A stretch of DNA of 18,427 bases from Octopus sinensis. Lineage: Eukaryota. A program made the position numbers and the translations under genes. The stretch covers positions 1-18,427 of the forward strand of contig NW_021824538.1 in assembly GCF_006345805.1 (NCBI RefSeq). Reading direction: 5' to 3'. The notes below the pieces were generated by a model. That model ran no database searches. It saw only the letters and a list, made by a program, of their open reading frames with translations, and was not told the origin of the DNA. Of this stretch, positions 9,626 through 18,427 are shown one piece after another (the first letter of the stretch is position 1; each line of letters opens with the position of its first letter).

Positions 9626-10248
9626 TTATTCTTTTACTCGTTTACTTGTTTCAGTCGTTTTGACTGCGGCCATGCTGGAACACCGCTTTTAGTCGAACAA
9701 GTCGACCCCAGAACTTATTCTTTGTAAGCCTAGTACTTATTATTCTATCGGTCTCTTTTGGCCAAACCGCTAAGTTACGGGAACATAAACACACAAACAT
9801 TGGCTGTCAAGCAGTGGTGGGGGACAAACACAGACACAAAGATACACACAAACACACACACACACATATACATACATACTCACACACACACACTCACATA
9901 TTTACATAATGCAAAATGGGACAAGAACGCAAAACATCCGGACAGTTAGGTGATACAAAAATGGGACAAAAAAAAAACATCCAGATAGACGATACAAAGA
10001 AAACAAGGACGGGTCATTCGAAGTTTTCTTTCCTCAGTCAAGCACCAGATTATTCTCGCAATTTCGGCTGATTCTACTTGAATATACGACGGGCTTCTTT
10101 CAGTTTCCGTCTACCAAATCTACTCAAGGCTTTGGTCGGACCGAGGCTATAGTAGAAGACACCTGCCCGAGTTGCCATGCAGTGGGACTGAATCCGCAAT
10201 TATGTGGTTGGTAAGCAAGCTACTTACTACATAGACACTTCTGCGCGT
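9626..10248 (-). mobile_element. SINE type A interrupted in its linker by a ~180 bp insert
   Basis: 3' half at 9626-9902 and 5' half at 10083-10248 both align to 17720-18172. Confidence 0.88.
9903..10082 (-). mobile_element. insert in SINE linker, probable Penelope-like end
   Basis: Absent from the other type A copies. Has an internal ~40 bp direct repeat (AAAATGGGACAA...AAAACATCC.GA) and a CUGAGGA...GAA motif on the minus strand. Confidence 0.4.
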
Positions 10249-10261
10249 ATGTATAGGTATT

Positions 10262-10584
10262 CTTTTATCTTCCTTTACTTTATTCAGTCAATGGGTTGCA
10301 GCCATGCTTAGGATTCTTGAACCCTTGAAGGGTTATAGTCGAACAAATCGATCCCAATATTTGTTTTTCTCTTTTTACGCCTGGTACTTATTCCATTGGT
10401 CTCTTTTGCTGAGCCGCTAGGTAACAGAGATGTAAGCAACCAATACTGGTCTTCAAGTGGTGTAGGACAAACACAGACATATATACTTATGCACACACAC
10501 ATTCGATGAGATTCCACACAGTTTCCGCCTACCAAAATCACTCACAAGGAAATTGGTCGGCCCAGGGCTATAATAGAAGGCGCT
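10262..10584 (-). mobile_element. older, diverged SINE type A-related copy
   Basis: CAGTTTCCGCCTACCAAAATCACTCACAAGG...GGTCGGCCCAGGGCTATAATAGAAG and the 3' domain are recognisable. Confidence 0.75.
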
Positions 10585-10597
10585 TATTATTATAATT

Positions 10598-10997
10598 AAG
10601 GCGGCGAACTGGCAGAATCGTTAGCACGCCGGAAGAAATGCTTAGCAGTATTTCGTCTGCCGTTACGTTCTGAGTTCAAATTCCGCCGAGGTTGACTTTG
10701 CCTTTCATCCTTTCGGGGTCGATAAATTAAGTACCAGTTACGCACTGGGGTCTATATAATCGACGCAATCCGCCTGTCTGTCCTTGTTTGTCTCCTCTGT
10801 GTTTAGCCCCTTGTGGATAGTAAAGAAACAGGTATTTCGTCTGTTGCTACGTTCTGAGTTCAAATTCCGCCGAGGTCCACTTTGCCTTTTATCCTCTCAA
10901 GGTCGATAAATTAAGTATCAGTTAAGTGCTTGGGTCGATGTGATCGACTGTCCCCCTCCCCACAAAAATCCAGGTCTTGTGCTTAGAGTAGAAAGGC
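10598..10997 (+). mobile_element. SINE type B, dimeric (full unit plus head-less unit), (TTA)n tail
   Basis: AAGGCGGCGAACTGGCAGAATCG head. GGTATTTCGTCTG...GAGTTCAAATTCCGCCGAGG recurs at 10831 with a different 3' end. Confidence 0.88.
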
Positions 10998-11021
10998 TTA
11001 TTATTATTATTATTATTCAGT

Positions 11022-11316
11022 AAGGGCGCATGGCTTACTGGTTAGGGTGTTGTACTCATGATCACTAGATCACGATTTCAAATTCTAGACCGGGTGGTGC
11101 GTTGTGTTCTTGAGCAAGACACTTCATTTCACGTTGCTCTGCGATCACTTTGGCACTTGATGTGCGGCACACCGTGCACCTATTCAGACAACGTTAATTT
11201 GATGGAGAAAGTGAGCTACTGTGCGACACAAACATTTGATCGTTATAAACATATTATTTGAGCAGGTCGTTCGACTAAAGCTGAACAGTCTTACGTCGAC
11301 TTCGACGGGAGGGTCC
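11022..11316 (+). mobile_element. tRNA-derived SINE type C with (ATT)n tail
   Basis: A box TGGCTTACTGG, B-box-like GATTTCAAATTC, CORE-like GTTGTGTTCTTGAGCAAGACACTTCATTTCACGTTGCTC shared with 16922-17072. Confidence 0.8.
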
Positions 11317-11417
11317 ATTATTATTATTGCTATTGCTATTATTACTATTATTATTATTATTATTGTTGTTGTTGTTGTTGTTGTTGTTGTTTTAGTTGTC
11401 GTTATTGTTATTATTAT

Positions 11418-11594
11418 TATAAATATGGTGGAATTCACCCGCCATTTTATCAATTCCTCCAGGCAGAGATGTCAGTAACATCATGGGTTTTGAGGGCTGA
11501 AAATACATTGGAGTGAGGGTATTTTTTGAGCTTGTTGACATCTCAGCCTGGAGGAATTAATAAAATGGCAGGTGAATTCCATCATATATTTATA
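11418..11594. mobile_element. hairpin MITE-like element with ~57 bp inverted arms
   Basis: Left arm 11418-11474 (TATAAATATGGTGGAATTCACCCGCCATTTTATCAATTCCTCCAGGCAGAGATGTCA) versus right arm 11536-11594, with few mismatches. Confidence 0.7.
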
Positions 11595-11639
11595 CTAAAC
11601 ATTTTGACCTAATAATTTTTTCTCCAATTCTTTTCTTGC

Positions 11640-11694
<55 letters not shown>

Positions 11695-11696
<2 letters not shown>

Positions 11697-11911
11697 CATG
11701 TTTGACTTTTGCTTTACATTTGCACAAGCTGGCTCCAAGTCTCACCCAGAGACCTCAAGATACAACAGGTTGGAAGTTCGTGTTGGTGTTATGCATAGGG
11801 TGCCATATATTTGGTTTTGTATTTAGTGTTGTACTAGTGAATGCCTAAAAAACCATACGAAAATTATGTTTGTCTTAAAACTTGAGATTACATAGAAAGT
11901 ATTTTGCGTAC
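11695..11911 (-). mobile_element. 3' end of another R4/Dong-like family between (TAA)n tracts
   Basis: Minus strand starts with VRKILSM* (TAA at 11888-11890), resembling R4-clade ORF termini, then about 190 nt of 3' UTR and a (TAA)n tail. Confidence 0.55.
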
Positions 11912-11931
11912 TTATTATTATTATTATATTA

Positions 11932-11992
<61 letters not shown>
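11912..11992. repeat. (TTA)n microsatellite
   Basis: Direct reading. Related tracts lie at 11317-11420, 11643-11694, 13338-13389 and 13946-14086. Confidence 0.97.
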
Positions 11993-13337
11993 TCCTTTGC
12001 ACAGCCTCTAACGCTAGATATATACTACGGTGTCAGCTGTTCACTACCAGGTAACTAAGATAACGCCTCTTATTTTTCGAGCACCATCCAGAGTATTCGA
12101 GCGGTTCCAAGCAATGCTGTTTTCTGCACCCTTATTGCAGCCCCTATTTGTTCAACGTACTTCTCGAGATTTTTAATCACTGTTCCCAGGGCTCCGACAA
12201 TTATTGGCACTACTGCTACCTATTTCATTGACCACAACTGCTTAACTTCCCAAGCTAACCTGTCATATCTCTCGACTTTTCTTTCTGCCTTATCGCATAC
12301 CTTGTTGTCAGCTGGGCATGCTATATCTATGATCCAGCATAGTTCGTTTTTCTTTCTCAATTAAGACTATGTCCGGTTTCCTATTCTCTATCTCATGGTC
12401 GCACTAAATCATAAAATCTTATAGGATATTTGCATTTCTATTTCCGACGATGCCTTCAGGTTTGTGGTCGTACCAATTTTTTGCTCTGTCAAGTCCATAC
12501 TTGTTGCAGAGTGTCCAATGGACAAGCCAGGCTATATTGTCATGGCGTCTCTTATATTCCTTCTGGGATAGTGGCGTACATTGCCTGGTAATATGCCATA
12601 TTGTTTCACCGTTTTGTCCACAGATTCTGCACTTATCACTTTCTACTGCGTTGTCTATTCTGTATTTTATGTAGTTTGTTCTTTGTGCTTGCTCTTTTCC
12701 GCTTTTAAATCACTATTAGTCATCCACAGCCATCTTTTTTCTCTGTCTGCCTTATCTTCAACATCCCTATGAAATTGACCATGCATTCTTTTCTTTACCC
12801 ACCTATATTCAGTTTCATTCGTTTTCAATTTCTTATACAGTGCTTTATCTTTGCAATCTTTCATTTTACACAAGCCTGACATTCCTACTTCTAATAATAG
12901 CGGTTCTGTGGCATTTTTACTCACCATGCTATGTTGTTTTCTTCTGCTCTAATGCTGCGTTCGCATCCAATAAGTCCTCTTCCCTTCTTTTTCTTGGTAC
13001 ATACAGTCTGTCTGTGTCACTTTTTGGGTGGAGTGATCCATATCTAGTTAGCAACTTCCTTGTCTTTCTGTCTAAGTTGTTTAGTTCGTCTACTGTTCAT
13101 ACGATTACCGCTGCTCCATATCTAAGGAGTGATACCGCCCAGGTGTTGATAGCTTCAATCTTATTCCGTCCGTTTAATTTCGGTTTAAGGATCAATCACA
13201 GCTATTCGTGCATGACATTCACCAAGTCTTTTGATCCAGTAGCCTTGAACTCCATCTGGTCCCGGGATCTTCCAATATTTGATAACTAACCTCCCTTAAG
13301 GAATATTATTTATCCTGAAGTACATTTATTGTTGGGG
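11993..13337 (-). mobile_element. Dong/R4-like non-LTR retrotransposon, 5' truncated, flanked by (TAA)n
   Basis: NKIEAINTWAVSLLRYGAA, DRLYVPRK, WVKKRMHGQF; CCHC CRICGQNGETIWHITRQC (12576-12631); RLE RKPDIVLIEKE...IDIACP; ends VLEK* (12070-12072). Confidence 0.9.
12070..13300 (-). pseudogene. distal RT-CCHC-RLE ORF remnant
   Basis: Motifs as above, with several frameshifts and stops. Confidence 0.85.
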
Positions 13338-13346
13338 TTATTATTA

Positions 13347-13389
<43 letters not shown>

Positions 13390-13945
13390 GAGTGATTGAG
13401 CAGCACATGCCATCACAGTGACACTGGGTTACAAATATACGAAGCTCAATGTACCCATCATGACTACCCGTCTGATAAGGGTACACCAGGCACATTCATC
13501 ACAACCATATGTGCGCGACACGGTGATCTCATATCAAGATAAACAGCGCATGACCTTGCAGGTGGGGCCCAGTTAGAATTTTCTTCTGGTCGAGTAACCC
13601 ATCCCGCTCAAAAGGTCCCTGAATAAGGGTTGTTTAAGGATGTTGAACGAAACACCCATGTTTCCAGGGGTGAATTATTCAAACCCCAAAGAATCCCTCT
13701 CAACACATGGCTATGATGCTCCCCCACTACTTCTGCTCGTGGTCAGAGATGCACATATCGTCAGCCACTAAGGGACATGGTCAACTGGTTAAGGTCAAAC
13801 AACTGACAAGCAAATCTGTGGTATTGAGCAGAATATTTGCTGTAGCCCATCTTTTATACCAAGACAAAACAATGTACATGATAACACTTCCAATCCGTTA
13901 AGATCAGAAGCCACGAAGGCCACTGCCTGGTACTGCATCAGGGCA
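13390..13945 (-). mobile_element. ~555 bp non-coding element flanked on both sides by (TAA)n/(TGA)n
   Basis: Complex, GC-richer sequence with sharp microsatellite boundaries. No RT motif and no clear A/B boxes. Orientation is inferred from the neighbours. Confidence 0.55.
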
Positions 13946-13963
13946 TCATCATCATCATCATCA

Positions 13964-14087
<124 letters not shown>

Positions 14088-14358
14088 TTTTCACCTAACT
14101 TTTTTAGAATCCTACAGAAGCGTCATTAGCACTACCTTTCCTTTTCTTAAATAATGCATAAAATAATAGTTGGGGAAGGACATGCTCACTGCATATTTCC
14201 ATACATCCTGAAGCAGAAGGTTCTTATTGTTATTTAACCCTAAATCAGAGTCGACCGAAGCAGACCTTGACCATTCAATTTTTTTTAAATTCCTCTGTAT
14301 AGTTTATCTACGAATACGTTTTTGTATATCTATGTATTGATTCATTCCTTACTATCTT

Positions 14359-14589
14359 ATTTCTTTATTGCCCACAAGGGGCTAAACATAGAGGGGACAA
14401 ACAAGGACAGACAAAGGGATTAAGATGATAACATCGACCCCAGTGCGTAACTGGTACTTAATTTATCGACCCCGAAAGGATGAAAGGCAAAGTCGACCTC
14501 GGCGGAATTTGAACTCAGAACGTAATGACAGACGAAATACCGCGAAGCATTTCGTCCGGTGTGCTAACGTTTCTGACATCTCGTCGCCG
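14359..14589 (-). mobile_element. SINE type B with 17 bp target-site duplication
   Basis: Reverse complement of type B. TCATTCCTTACTATCTT occurs at both 14342-14358 and 14590-14606. Confidence 0.93.
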
Positions 14590-14792
14590 TCATTCCTTAC
14601 TATCTTGGAAAGTGTGGTGAAGGTTTTACTTTACTGATGAGATCAGAATAAAACCAAAGCATATCGGTAGTTGTACCCCTTGGTTTCCAGAAAAAATTAT
14701 ATAATATTAATCATTAAGTAATATCGTTCTTATTTCTCCGCATATTTATTTAGTTTTTAATTCAATGTTTAAGACTGACTGCATTAAATATA

Positions 14793-14830
14793 CTAACAGA
14801 AAGACCGCCCAGAGGGCGGTTTTCTGCTAG
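14793..14830. repeat. 38 bp palindrome ending in CTAG
   Basis: CTAACAGAAAGACCGCCC-AGA-GGGCGGTTTTCTGCTAG. Confidence 0.8.
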
Positions 14831-16088
14831 CCACTTGATGCTATTTTCACATTGATATTTTCAGTCGCATATTTTTTTGGACCCCCATGCTGAATTCCAA
14901 AATTCTAATGTAATATTACACAAATAATAACGAAATCAAACCTGGAATGTATGTGTGTGTGTGTATGTGTGTGTTTATATTACAGAGACAGTGTGTGTGA
15001 GAGTGAGAAGGGGGAGAGAGAACATTGCAAACAATGAATGAAATAAACATGAAAAATTCGTATATATAAAAGCACGTTAAAAACTATCTTGTATCGAATA
15101 TTTAAATTTGTGAGCTTAAAATATTCAATAATAAAAAGAAGTTCAAAAAGTAAATTTTTCCTGAAAACTTCAATTTATAAAAAATCTCACTTGTTTAGTA
15201 AATATTTCTTTCAGTAATTTATCGTAGCTGTCATATATCTCTAATTCAAGCAAACTTAAAGGTAACACAATTGTTTCATTTGCTAGAAATAGCAGCGGTC
15301 ACATAGTTATTACTGTAAGGCTTATAGTGTTCCAACAGCCATACTAACAAAATCACTTCTTAATTTAAAAGAAAAAAATTATACCGATATATTCAGAAAT
15401 GTTATCAAAAATATTCATTTAACAAACTCCGGAAACTGAGATTATCATAAGTCTCAAAGTTATACAGCTATTTTGTCTAATAGCATTAATTTATTCAATA
15501 AACATTTTTTTTTTTTACATTACGTATATAGAATAAGCTGTGGGTTTTTCAAATAACGAATTAAAATTTGAAATGAAAACATTGAAATGAATATATATTA
15601 AATTATCATTAATGAAAATAGAGACGAGAAAAAGCGAGAGACTGTTGCAAATGAAAACGGAAAATTTCGCCTGCAGTGAATACTGTTTATTAAACATTAA
15701 TATCTATCCCACAGTGAATGCAACGAATATTTAAATTTGTGAAAATTCTGTAGTTCTAATATTCAACAAAATTCAGAAATCGAAATTATAGGAAATTTTT
15801 TGGAACATGAATTTATAAAAAAAAACCTCCAAACTATCAAAGTCTTGAATAATTGCTTTCTTTTAGTAACTATTACATACCTAATTAATAACCAGTCTTC
15901 TCCATTATAATATAGATAACTACTAACAGCTACAGTTAACAAGTTCTCCTGCTTAAGTAGCGTTTGAGAATTACTACTTTTTAAAAAAATAAATCATAAA
16001 AAATTAGCACTGTCAAGTTATTTAAGATTGAGTCTTTAGCTTCGTAAAGTATCGGAGTTAGGGGAGGGATGTTTGGCCGCGTATGGTT

Positions 16089-16145
16089 GTAAAATAGTAA
16101 TTAAAGGTGTCCATGGGTAAAAAAAAAAATGATTGAGAACCCGTG
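16089..16145. mobile_element. hAT (Charlie-like) MITE terminus
   Basis: GTCCATGGGTAAAAAAAAAAATGATTGAGAACCCGTG followed by ATCTAGAA, which fits the NTCTAGAN target preference; homologous to 223-276. Confidence 0.5.
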
Positions 16146-16180
16146 ATCTAGAAGATTGTAGATTCCGGAGTAGATCAGGC

Positions 16181-16246
16181 AAGGTAAAGGTTACCTTCTT
16201 GAGTCATGTCGACTCATAAGGGCCGGTTTCGTCGGTTTCATGGCGG

Positions 16247-16277
<31 letters not shown>

Positions 16278-16280
16278 TAT

Positions 16281-16361
<81 letters not shown>

Positions 16362-16515
16362 TATATGTGTGTGTGGGTGTGTGTGTTGTGTGTATATTTA
16401 CATATACATGCCATATGTGTGTATATATATATTCCCCACCTGGACGGGACGCCGGTCCGTCGCAGGATTACTCATTTCCTCTGGTGAGTGAACTGGAGCC
16501 ACATGAAATGAAGTT
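16181..16515 (-). mobile_element. SINE type C-related 3' portion with RTE-like tail, split by (AT)n/(GT)n at 16247-16430
   Basis: CCACCTGGACGGGACGCCGGTCCGTCGCAGGATTACTCATT...GAGTGAACTGGAGCCACATGAAATGAAG; the distal part overlaps in sequence with 16922-16980. Confidence 0.65.
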
Positions 16516-16794
16516 AAAATATTACTATTTGTAAATCTCACAACAAGAGATATTCAGCAACAGTACTTTGGAGAAAAGATTTTTGACAACATAACATGGC
16601 AGTCCTGGTTTAGGATGAATGCCGCTGTAATTTAGCCCCGGGAGACATCGTCTCCAGCTGGCTATACGACACGATTTGTGTCCTTATATTTTCGAACAAG
16701 GGAACCTAGCACCCCCACTCAGCTCAAAACAATATCTGTGTATCGCGATTTCCGGGTTATTTCCCTTCATCATAACCTGGGAATCGGGTTATGT

Positions 16795-16913
16795 TGGCAA
16801 AAATCTTTACTCCAAATGAAATTAAGTGCTTTGCTCAAATGCACAACGGATTGCTCTATCCAGGGATGAAAACCACCATCTTACAGTCGTGTATCCAACA
16901 TCCTAACCACTAG
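16795..16913 (-). mobile_element. diverged SINE type C head
   Basis: GAAATTAAGTGCTTTGCTCAAATGCACAACG...CCTAACCACTAG parallels 16922-17072. Confidence 0.6.
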
Positions 16914-16921
16914 GGTATTAG

Positions 16922-17072
16922 TGGTACTCATTTCTACAGTTGAGTGGACTTGAGCAATGTGAAATGAAGTGTTTTGCTCAAGAACACAACGCGTCGCCTG
17001 GTCCAGGAATCGAACACCACAATTTTACGATTATGATGCTGACACCCTAACCACTAATCCACGCGTCTCCAC
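16922..17072 (-). mobile_element. SINE type C head and CORE
   Basis: Reverse complement has TGGATTAGTGGTTAGGGTG (A box), GTTCGATTCC (B box) and the CORE-like segment. Confidence 0.82.
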
Positions 17073-17494
17073 AGATCATGCAAGGGAGAATGTCTCAATT
17101 GACCATATTTGGGAATGAATCAAAAAATAAATTAGATATAAAGAGTGTTTCGAAAATATTGACATAAAGAATCTGATCTTGCAGTTTATAAGACTTTGTA
17201 CCATTCTGTTTAAGATTTGGCATTAACTTGAAATATTATACTTCTGATAAGCGGCAATAAACAAATTTGTAAAAGAAATAAAATAAAAAGGAAAAGAAAT
17301 ATAAATAAATAGATTTTCAGAAAAGACTAAGTTTATTTCATGTTTGTAAGAATTTGAGCGAGTGAGGTCGAGAAGGTGGTGAGATGACGGTAAGCAGAAT
17401 CAGCTCACTTCCTGTGAACCACTAATTGCTCTTGGGAAGGACATGACCATTGCACGTTCCCATAATTCCCGAGGTATAAAGTTCTTGTAAGTGT

Positions 17495-17628
17495 TGCTGT
17501 TGTTGGTTTTGTTGTTCTATTTCTCTTGTTAATGATGCTGTTGCTGTTGTTGTTGATGATCGTGTTATTTTTGTTGGTGTTGCTGGTGGTGGTGTTGGTG
17601 TTGGTGGCTGTTGTTGTTGGTGGTGTTT
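17495..17628. repeat. (GTT)n/(GGT)n low-complexity tract
   Basis: Direct reading. Confidence 0.9.
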
Positions 17629-17719
17629 AACACTAAGTTTAACACAATGTCAAAGCAGACCTTTAATGGAAAATATTTAATATATGATCAACCCGTCTTT
17701 TTTTCTTTTTTTTTTCGAC

Positions 17720-18172
17720 AAGGCGCAGGAGTGGCTGTGTGGTAAGTAGCTTGCTTACCAACTACATGGTGCCGGGTTCATTCCCACTGCGTGGCACCGT
17801 GGGCAAGTGTCTTCTACTATAGCCTCGGGCCGACCAAAGCCTTGTGAGTGGATTTGGTAGACAGAAACTGGAAGAAGCCCGTACTATATATGTATATATA
17901 TAGTATATATATATATGTATCTATATAGTATATATACATATGTGTGTATATGGTTGTGTGTCTGTGTTTGCCCCCCCCCCCGCTATTGCTTGACAACCGA
18001 TGGTGGTGTGTTTACGTCCCCGTGACTTAGCGGTTCAGCAAAAAAGAAACCGATAGAATAAGTACTAGGCTTACAAAGAATAAGTCCTGGGGTCGATTTA
18101 CTCGACTAAAGGCGGTGCTCCAGCATGGCCGCAGTCAAATGACTGAAACAAGTAAAAGAGAGTAAAGAGAGT
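17720..18172 (+). mobile_element. SINE type A, full length
   Basis: A box TGGCTGTGTGG (17732-17742), B box GGTTCATTCCC (17775-17785), CORE-like block, linker, tail AGTAAAAGAGAGTAAAGAGAGT. Confidence 0.93.
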
Positions 18173-18291
18173 ATAGAACATCTATGAATACATTATCCAA
18201 TGTCTCTCTTGTTTTTCAAGACAGTAAAGTGTGGCTGGATGGAAATTCGGTTGATATTTTAGATATGTTGTTTAGTTGTTCTTTTATTCGT

Positions 18292-18427
18292 TTATTCTTT
18301 TACTTGTTTCAATCATTTAAATGATGCCATGCTGGAGTACCACCTTAAAAGATTTTAGTCGAACAAACCGTACCCAGAACTTATTCTTTGTAAGCCTAGT
18401 ACTTATTCTATCGCTCTCTTTAGCCGA
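18292..18427 (-). mobile_element. SINE type A 3' end, running off the window
   Basis: TTACTTGTTTCAATCATTT...GCCATGCTGGAG...CTTATTCTTTGTAAGCCTAGTACTTATTCTATCG. Confidence 0.88.

Noticed and set aside
14634-14660. CTGATGAG as a hammerhead core
   Set aside because: No helix II or GAAA follows.
14804-14825. Rho-independent terminator
   Set aside because: The shape fits, but the context is eukaryotic with no bacterial gene nearby; kept only as a palindrome.
17720-17800. tRNA gene (also 3201, 10598, 11022)
   Set aside because: A/B boxes are present but run directly into SINE bodies, and no complete cloverleaf is evident.

Overview
Eukaryotic, AT-rich, repeat-dominated DNA, most likely an Octopus (cephalopod) intron or intergenic region. 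The organism call is inferred from resemblance of the tRNA-derived CORE-type SINEs to octopus families I recall; no database search was run. There is no intact gene, and almost all listed ORFs are microsatellite artefacts. The window holds about 13 SINE copies of three head types, and two degraded R4/Dong-like RLE non-LTR retrotransposons (RT + CCHC + PD-(D/E)xK endonuclease). One of these sits in (TACA)n and the other in (TAA)n. Further co-oriented 3' ends and non-coding elements are stacked in the same microsatellite arrays. Also present: Penelope-like fragments (one with a minimal hammerhead ribozyme motif), a Helitron 3' end, two hAT-like ends, a hairpin MITE, and a few low-confidence candidate exons.
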